DNA of 64,000 nucleotides, taken from an uncultured Candidatus Saccharibacteria bacterium (lineage in GTDB: Bacteria > Patescibacteriota > Minisyncoccia > Phycocordibacterales > Phycocordibacteraceae). Below the pieces are notes generated by a model. That model worked only from the letters and a program-made list of their open reading frames with translations, did no database searches and was not told the origin of the DNA. A program made the translations under genes and the position numbers. Positions 56,045-64,000 of the stretch are shown one piece after another (the first letter of the stretch is position 1; each line of letters begins with the position of its first letter). Where the stretch lies: positions 1,128 to 65,127 of the forward strand of contig CAZWLE010000001.1 in NCBI GenBank assembly GCA_964634305.1, given 5' to 3'.

Positions 56045-56283
56045 ACGTATCCTTCGACGAGCTAAAGGCACACTTGGAGCGTACCGGCAGGATGAAACTC
56101 CTCCCGGCCATTCTTCGTGAACTTAAAGAGCGTGCCGCTCTCGAAGCAACGCGTGCACCAAAGAAAGAAACCGCAAAAGAGAATCCTTCACTCATTTCTG
56201 GGTGGCGCAGTCTTGAAAACGGTATCTTGGAGGACCATACCGGTAAGCGGGCACTCCTTCACATTTATAAGAATAGTATCTAG
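56041..56283 (+). CDS. atpH: Very short ATP synthase delta (OSCP)-position protein (80 aa)
   Basis: It occupies the delta slot between atpF and atpA with overlapping start and stop codons. It is only about half the usual delta length. Confidence 0.4.
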   Translation: MNVSFDELKAHLERTGRMKLLPAILRELKERAALEATRAPKKETAKENPSLISGWRSLENGILEDHTGKRALLHIYKNSI

Positions 56284-56285
56284 CT

Positions 56286-57830
56286 ATGCAGTCGATAATC
56301 GAGAGAATAGAGCGAGAAATTGCGACCTGGAAGCCTGAAGAAGGCGCTGAGGTCGGCATCGTGCGTGCTGCCGGCGACGGTATCGCGGAAATAGACGGCC
56401 TTGATAAGGCGGTCTTGACCGAGATGGTCATGTTCGACGCAACCCACGACCGCACGCTCGAAGAAGCGTTGAAGGATGATGCGCCGGTCTACGGTCTTAT
56501 CCTCAACCTTGAAGAGGGCGGTGTTCGCGCGGCTATTCTCGGCGACGCAACAAAAGTGTACGAAGGCATGCTGGTCCGCCGACTCGGCCGTCTTCTCTCC
56601 ATCCCTGTTTCTGACAGCATGATTGGTCGCGTGGTAAACCCCCTTGGCGAACCAGTCGACGGTAAGGGTCCAATCGCGGACACGAAGTATCGTCCGATTG
56701 AGCGCGAAGCATACGGCGTTATTGACCGCGCGCCGGTGAACACGCCACTCCATACCGGTATCAAGGCTATCGACGCCATGATTCCAATTGGTCGTGGTCA
56801 GCGTGAGCTCATCATTGGTGACCGCGGTGTCGGTAAGACGACGATTGCGATTGATACGATTCTCAACCAGAAGTCTGAGCCGAAGGAGAAGCGTCCTATT
56901 TGTATTTACGTTGCTATCGGGCAGAAGGAATCAAAGACCGCAAAGATTGTGGCAGATCTTGCTGAGAAGGGAGCTATGGAGTACTCCATAGTGGTTACGG
57001 CACCAGCATCTTCTCCAGCAGCCTTCCAGTTCCTCGCACCGTTTGCAGGAGCTGCTATTGGTGAGCACTTTATGGAGCAGGGTAAGGACGCACTCGTTAT
57101 CTACGACGACCTTTCTAAGCAGGCCGTTGCCTACCGCCAGCTCTCGCTGCTTCTTCGCCGCCCACCAGGTCGCGAAGCGTATCCGGGAGACATCTTCTAC
57201 CTCCACTCACGCCTTCTTGAGCGTGCGGCAAAGCTCAACGACAAGCTTGGCGGTGGATCGTTGACCGCGCTTCCTATCATCGAAACCCAGGAGGGTGACG
57301 TCTCGGCGTACATTCCAACTAACGTGATTTCGATTACGGACGGTCAGATCTTCCTCATCACCGACCTCTTCAACAAGGGTATGCGCCCTGCAATCGACGT
57401 CGGTATCTCCGTATCTCGCGTGGGTTCTGCCGCACAGACGAAGGCGATGAAGAAGGTGTCCGGCAAGATTAAACTTGAGCTCGCTCAGTTCCGTGAACTC
57501 GAAGCCTTCATGCAGTTCGCGTCTGATCTTGATGAAGGCACCAAGAAGCAGATTGATGCCGGTCGTCGTATGACGGAGGTATTGAAGCAGAAGAACGGCG
57601 AGCCACTCGCGTTTGAAATGGAGGCAGCGGTCATTTGGGCAGCAACGAACGGTCACTTCGATACGTTTGCTCCTGAAGAGACGAGTGCTATGGAGCGCAA
57701 GCTCCAGGACTTCCTTACTCGTGAAGGCGGCGATGCACTCGCATCCATTCGTGAGAAGAAGGAAATCACTGAAGAGACGGCCGCACTTCTTACCTCACTT
57801 ATGGAGAAGTTCGTCGGACGTGCGAAGTAA
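56286..57830 (+). CDS. atpA: F1 ATP synthase alpha subunit
   Basis: GDRGVGKT Walker A and alpha-subunit signature. Length 514 aa. Confidence 0.95.
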   Translation: MQSIIERIEREIATWKPEEGAEVGIVRAAGDGIAEIDGLDKAVLTEMVMFDATHDRTLEEALKDDAPVYGLILNLEEGGVRAAILGDATKVYEGMLVRRLGRLLSIPVSDSMIGRVVNPLGEPVDGKGPIADTKYRPIEREAYGVIDRAPVNTPLHTGIKAIDAMIPIGRGQRELIIGDRGVGKTTIAIDTILNQKSEPKEKRPICIYVAIGQKESKTAKIVADLAEKGAMEYSIVVTAPASSPAAFQFLAPFAGAAIGEHFMEQGKDALVIYDDLSKQAVAYRQLSLLLRRPPGREAYPGDIFYLHSRLLERAAKLNDKLGGGSLTALPIIETQEGDVSAYIPTNVISITDGQIFLITDLFNKGMRPAIDVGISVSRVGSAAQTKAMKKVSGKIKLELAQFRELEAFMQFASDLDEGTKKQIDAGRRMTEVLKQKNGEPLAFEMEAAVIWAATNGHFDTFAPEETSAMERKLQDFLTREGGDALASIREKKEITEETAALLTSLMEKFVGRAK

Positions 57831-57836
57831 ACACTC

Positions 57837-60138
<2,302 letters not shown>

Positions 60139-60151
60139 CCTTCTCTGCGTT

Positions 60152-60400
60152 ATGGCAAAAAGCTTTCATCTCACCATAGCGCGCGTTGGAGAAAACCTCT
60201 TTGACGGTGAGGCCTATTCCGTAGTGCTTCCTGGAAAGGAGGGTGTCTTCACGGTACTTGCCGGGCACGAAGCGTTTGTATCAGAACTTGCTGTGGGTGA
60301 AGCAAAAGTCGAAGCCGCAGATGGCACCAAGCATCATGTTGAAATTCCGCACGGCGGAGTAGCAGAAGTATCGGGCAATCAAGCAACAGTACTGTTGTAG
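60152..60400 (+). CDS. atpC: F1 ATP synthase epsilon subunit, beta-sandwich domain only (82 aa)
   Basis: N-terminal epsilon beta-sandwich pattern. The C-terminal helical hairpin is absent. Confidence 0.7.
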   Translation: MAKSFHLTIARVGENLFDGEAYSVVLPGKEGVFTVLAGHEAFVSELAVGEAKVEAADGTKHHVEIPHGGVAEVSGNQATVLL

Positions 60401-60420
60401 AAAGTTCATAAAAGAGAGAA

Positions 60421-60452
60421 AGCCCCACTGGCGACAGTGGGGCTTTCTGCTT
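60421..60452 (+). terminator. Intrinsic terminator ending the atp operon
   Basis: AGCCCCACTG-gcga-CAGTGGGGCT followed by TTCTGCTT. Confidence 0.6.
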
Positions 60453-60551
60453 AGTGGAGGCATGGTTCCTGCAGTCGGTCGTCGGGGACGTAGAGTACCA
60501 CTTTTCAAAATTACCGCTTGCACTCCATATAACACGTGTCATGCTTAATAC

Positions 60552-60962
60552 ATGAGCGAAGACATACCATTCCCAGTTGAGCATCAGGGCGTGAGTCATT
60601 ATTACGGTGACACCGTTCGTCTTCTGTTTGTAGTTGCAGCAGTACTTATCATTGTTTCGATGTTTGCTGGCGCACCATTTCTAGCGCCTGTCCCAGCAGT
60701 CTTCATGGCAGTGCTTCTAATCATCGCCGCAGGCCTTACGAATCCTGTGCAGGTATCGATTCAGTGGGTTAATGCAGGACTCTCAGTGCTTGGCGTACTA
60801 CTCTTCAGCTCGCTTGCACTCATGCGGTATCAGGAACAAGGCGGTGCAGAACCGTCTTCAATACTGTTGTTCCTCCTCGTACTCGATTTCGTTGTTGCTC
60901 TCTACTTCGCGATTCGTACTCTTCGTGGTGTGCTCATGCGCGACGCGCCTTTCATACGCTGA
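60552..60962 (+). CDS. Hypothetical 4-TM membrane protein
   Basis: Four hydrophobic helices. No motif. Confidence 0.35.
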   Translation: MSEDIPFPVEHQGVSHYYGDTVRLLFVVAAVLIIVSMFAGAPFLAPVPAVFMAVLLIIAAGLTNPVQVSIQWVNAGLSVLGVLLFSSLALMRYQEQGGAEPSSILLFLLVLDFVVALYFAIRTLRGVLMRDAPFIR

Positions 60963-61001
60963 CGCTCAGTTTTTGAGTGCGTAGCGAGCCTAGGACGCAC
61001 C

Positions 61002-61253
61002 ATGGTAGAATCGACATATATGGGTATTCAGAACTTCCTCCTCAAACAGGTCGCTAAGCAGAAAATGAAAGATGTCCCAGAGGGACAGCGTGAGCAAATA
61101 CTGGCGTTTCTTGAGAAGGACCCACAGCTCATGAAGAAAATCGGTGAAGAAATAGAGCGACGCGTGAAGAAAGGCGGCGAACCGCAGATGAAGGCAACGA
61201 TGGAAGTAATGAAGAAGTATCGTACGGAGATTGCTGCAATAATGCAGAAGTAG
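61002..61253 (+). CDS. Hypothetical small helical protein (83 aa)
   Basis: ORF with good coding composition. No motif. Confidence 0.3.
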   Translation: MVESTYMGIQNFLLKQVAKQKMKDVPEGQREQILAFLEKDPQLMKKIGEEIERRVKKGGEPQMKATMEVMKKYRTEIAAIMQK

Positions 61254-61302
61254 TGTTCGTCCACAGTTATAGCTCACCGTCTTCCGGTATAATCGGAACA
61301 GC

Positions 61303-61890
61303 ATGAAAATTTATATTTTGCTTGGGCATCCGAACAAGGACGCCACGCTCTCTTCGGCATTTGCTGACGCGTATCAGAAAGCTGCAGAAGACGCAGGCCA
61401 TGAAGTACGCCGTGCAAATATTGGCGACCTGCAGTTTGATCCTATTTTGCATAAGGGATATCGCGAGATTCAGGCGCTTGAGCCTGACTTGGTACAGAGT
61501 CAGGAAGATATCAAATGGTGTGACCATTTCGTCCTTATCTACCCGCTCTGGTGGGCATCAGTGCCTGCCCTTTTGAAGGGATACATGGATCGTATGTGGC
61601 TGCCGCGTTTTGCGTTTAGCTTCATCAAGACGCCAGACGGTAAGTCGACCATGGGTTGGCACAAGCTATTGAAGGGACGTTCAGCACGCATGATTGTGCT
61701 TTCTAAAACAGTTCCTATTGTTGAGCACTTCCTCTATGGTGATTACACCTCAGACATCGCTAATGCACTCCTTCGCTTCTCTGGATTTAGAGTAGCCATA
61801 ACAAAGATTGGTACCTCAGAAGCACTGAGCGACGCACAGAAAGCATCGTGGACTAAGCGGATTGCCGCACTCGCGCGCAAAGGGAAATAG
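61303..61890 (+). CDS. Flavodoxin-like-fold NAD(P)H:quinone oxidoreductase (Flavodoxin_2 / KefF / azoreductase-like)
   Basis: MKIYILLGHPNKDATLSSAFADAY N-terminus typical of the family. Length 195 aa. Confidence 0.65.
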   Translation: MKIYILLGHPNKDATLSSAFADAYQKAAEDAGHEVRRANIGDLQFDPILHKGYREIQALEPDLVQSQEDIKWCDHFVLIYPLWWASVPALLKGYMDRMWLPRFAFSFIKTPDGKSTMGWHKLLKGRSARMIVLSKTVPIVEHFLYGDYTSDIANALLRFSGFRVAITKIGTSEALSDAQKASWTKRIAALARKGK

Positions 61891-61932
61891 GCGTATATCT
61901 ATAGAGCCTTTGGCTTTGGTCAAAGGAAGGAG

Positions 61933-62130
61933 ATGGCAATGAGATCACTCCTGACCGTTATCATCCTCTTGCTCTCGGCTTGCGAAGAGCCTGTCCTAGT
62001 GCGAGTAGAACCACCTCCCTCAGTACAGTTGCAGGAAAAGTACCGAGATTGTAGTGCTCGCAACGAAAGAGGCGAGTTCACCACTGACAAGCAATACTTT
62101 GACTGCTTCCATAAAGCGCAGGGAGGTTAG
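61933..62130 (+). CDS. Small lipoprotein (lipobox LLLSAC)
   Basis: Signal peptide plus Cys lipobox. Length 65 aa. Confidence 0.3.
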   Translation: MAMRSLLTVIILLLSACEEPVLVRVEPPPSVQLQEKYRDCSARNERGEFTTDKQYFDCFHKAQGG

Positions 62131-62195
62131 ATGACGGGGAGCTCCGCTGCAACGCGGGGCTTCTTGTTTCTCCGATTTTCCTGTAGTGTCTAGCA

Positions 62196-63293
62196 ATGTT
62201 GAAGATAGGTATCGTTGGTCTGCCAAACGTCGGGAAATCGACGCTTTTTAATGCACTTACCAAAGCAGCCGTGCCTGCAGAGAACTACCCGTTCTGCACC
62301 ATTGACCCATCGGTGGGTGTTGTTGGGGTACCAGACGCACGCCTCGATAAACTTGCTGCGTTTTCCAAAAGCGAGAAGGTAATTCCTGCAGCGATAGAGT
62401 TCGTCGATATTGCAGGCCTTGTGAAGGGTGCAAGTGAAGGTGAAGGTCTTGGCAACCAATTTCTCTCGAACATCCGTGAGACAGACGCCATTCTTCAAAT
62501 GGTGCGCTTTTTCGATGACCCAGACGTGACGCATGTGCATGGCGACGTAGATCCAGTGCGCGATATTGAAGTCATCAACCTTGAACTTATATTGTCTGAT
62601 CGAGAGCAGGTGGGTAAGCGTCGAGAGAAACTAATACGTGACATACGCGCGGGGCTTAAGGAAGCGGTTGCAGAAGACGCTGCACTTACCAAAGTTGAAC
62701 AAACCCTTGATGCCGGAAAGCTAGCCCTTGCAGCGGGACTTTCAGCTGACGAAGCTAAGCTCGTAAAGCATCTGAATCTGCTTACCTTAAAGCCGATTCT
62801 CTATGCCCTAAACGGCAAAGCAGGCGGTCACAACCTTAAGGAAGCGAACGATGACCGTGCGCAGCGTGCCTACGACTACATTGAGTCACTTGGTGGCCGT
62901 TATGTACATGTTGATGCACGCACTGAGCACGAACTTAACGACGTTGCTGAGGGAGATAAGGAGATGTTTCGTCAGGAGCTTGGTGTGCAAATCGACGGTC
63001 TCACTGATCTTATTCGTGGCGCCTATGCAACGCTTGGTCTCATGACCTTCTTTACGACCGGACCGAAGGAATCTCGTGCATGGACGGTGCCTATTGGTTC
63101 AACGGCTCCAGAAGCAGGCGCTGCTATCCATACCGATTTCAAGGATAAGTTCATTCGCGCTGAGGTTATTGGTACCGAAACGCTTCTTGAAGACGGTTCC
63201 TACGCTACCGCACGCGAAAAAGGACATGTACGCACGGAAGGAAAAACCTATGTGGTCTCAGACGGCGACGTAATGGTCTTCCTCCACTCCTAA
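62196..63293 (+). CDS. ychF: Ribosome-binding ATPase YchF (Obg-family GTPase)
   Basis: GLPNVGKST G1 motif, DIAGLV, NxxE (YchF-type G4) and a C-terminal TGS domain. Length 365 aa. Confidence 0.9.
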   Translation: MLKIGIVGLPNVGKSTLFNALTKAAVPAENYPFCTIDPSVGVVGVPDARLDKLAAFSKSEKVIPAAIEFVDIAGLVKGASEGEGLGNQFLSNIRETDAILQMVRFFDDPDVTHVHGDVDPVRDIEVINLELILSDREQVGKRREKLIRDIRAGLKEAVAEDAALTKVEQTLDAGKLALAAGLSADEAKLVKHLNLLTLKPILYALNGKAGGHNLKEANDDRAQRAYDYIESLGGRYVHVDARTEHELNDVAEGDKEMFRQELGVQIDGLTDLIRGAYATLGLMTFFTTGPKESRAWTVPIGSTAPEAGAAIHTDFKDKFIRAEVIGTETLLEDGSYATAREKGHVRTEGKTYVVSDGDVMVFLHS

Positions 63294-64000
63294 CCGCCGC
63301 GACGCTGTCGACGAATTGAATCAAGCAGAAGTGCAAACGCTAGGCTACGTGCAAAGAAATTGATACTCTCGTGTGCATTAAAGTGCGTTAAACCATTGTC
63401 TCTTTTGTCGCTATCGTCAGGAAGATTTCCTACCTCAGTAGCGAAATGATAGAAGACATCAAGTGCTTTCACATTTTCTTTTGGTACGTCAGCAACGTAA
63501 CGTATGAAATTGCGTATGGTGCCGAGTCCTGCCTGATGACGAGTCACCATGCACGGCATAAGAAATAGTTTACGCATTTGCACTTCGTCGCCATCAAAAT
63601 AGCGCGTCGTTATAGTGGCGAGAGAATCCTTGGCTCCGGTCCACTCAGAAGAATCACCAGCTGCCGGCGCATCCTCTTGCCAATTCAACATGCGGTCAGC
63701 GTCGCGCAAGAAACTACGCATGAGCGCAAGCTGTGCAGGCGCTTCTTTCATCTCTTCTCTGGTATACCCAGCATCAATCATGGTGCTTTCAAGGACTTGA
63801 ATTCGATAACGAGCACCTGTTTCTGGATTTACCCGAGTGTTGTCGTATCTCGATTCTGTCGCAGGCAATCCAGATATGAGAAGACGCAGCTCTTCTCGTA
63901 TGTCAGGAATTTCATCAGCGGGTACCGTGTCGAACAGATGGTCAAAAAAGTATTCAGCACATGGTTTTCCGTTTACGCGGTCTTTGTCGCTCTCACGCAA
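63290..64000 (-). CDS. Hypothetical protein, 5' end beyond the window edge
   Basis: The ORF runs off the window. No recognisable motif. Confidence 0.35.
   Translation of the reverse strand: MRESDKDRVNGKPCAEYFFDHLFDTVPADEIPDIREELRLLISGLPATESRYDNTRVNPETGARYRIQVLESTMIDAGYTREEMKEAPAQLALMRSFLRDADRMLNWQEDAPAAGDSSEWTGAKDSLATITTRYFDGDEVQMRKLFLMPCMVTRHQAGLGTIRNFIRYVADVPKENVKALDVFYHFATEVGNLPDDSDKRDNGLTHFNAHESINFFARSLAFALLLDSIRRQRRGG

Overview
This is a gene-dense bacterial chromosomal window, mostly + strand, with many 1–8 nt gene overlaps, roughly mid-50s % GC by eye and a few visibly AT-richer patches. Almost all of it is housekeeping. In order it contains: tRNA-Leu(CAA) on the minus strand; parB; a Rel/SpoT (p)ppGpp enzyme; topA; serS; an FtsQ-like gene; dus; a short dnaX; a secreted matrixin-like metzincin; tRNA-Gln; a pseudouridine synthase; a mini GIY-YIG protein; an ABC-F ATPase; a block of nucleotide house-cleaning enzymes (YjjX, GNAT, NUDIX, RdgB, HAD, CYTH); carAB; and the pyrimidine genes pyrB, pyrC, pyrD-like, pyrE and pyrF. 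The pyr genes are interrupted by a PIF1/RecD-like helicase plus cupredoxin, DoxX and secreted proteins, and have a TSUP permease and an S51 peptidase embedded among them. Further on come a holin-like 4-TM protein; an orphan 914-aa FtsK/HerA/VirD4-superfamily ATPase with a large unknown N-terminal domain; an FKBP; tgt; a nucleotide-excision-repair supercluster (uvrB, histidine kinase, receiver, uvrA, compact uvrC); ddl; and pterin-4a-carbinolamine dehydratase. Two tRNA-Ala genes (TGC and GGC) then bracket a 5.4-kb segment with island-like character. That segment holds an AT-rich trypsin-like protease flanked by a 12-bp direct repeat, a LexA-type repressor with a TGTGTA-based operator-like cluster, a 431-aa PP-loop-like unknown protein, a SWIB/MDM2-domain protein, a NUDIX hydrolase and a membrane protein with 42-bp acidic tandem repeats. 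The window ends with a complete F1Fo ATP synthase operon (very short delta and epsilon), a flavodoxin-like quinone reductase and ychF. I found no CRISPR array, no rRNA, and no transposase or integrase. The candidates most worth follow-up are the orphan T4CP/HerA-like ATPase, the tRNA-Ala-bracketed segment with its LexA/PP-loop pair, the house-cleaning enzyme cluster, and the two-component system inside the uvr cluster. All hand-placed coordinates (tRNAs, hairpins, repeats, alternative starts) may be off by 1–2 nt.
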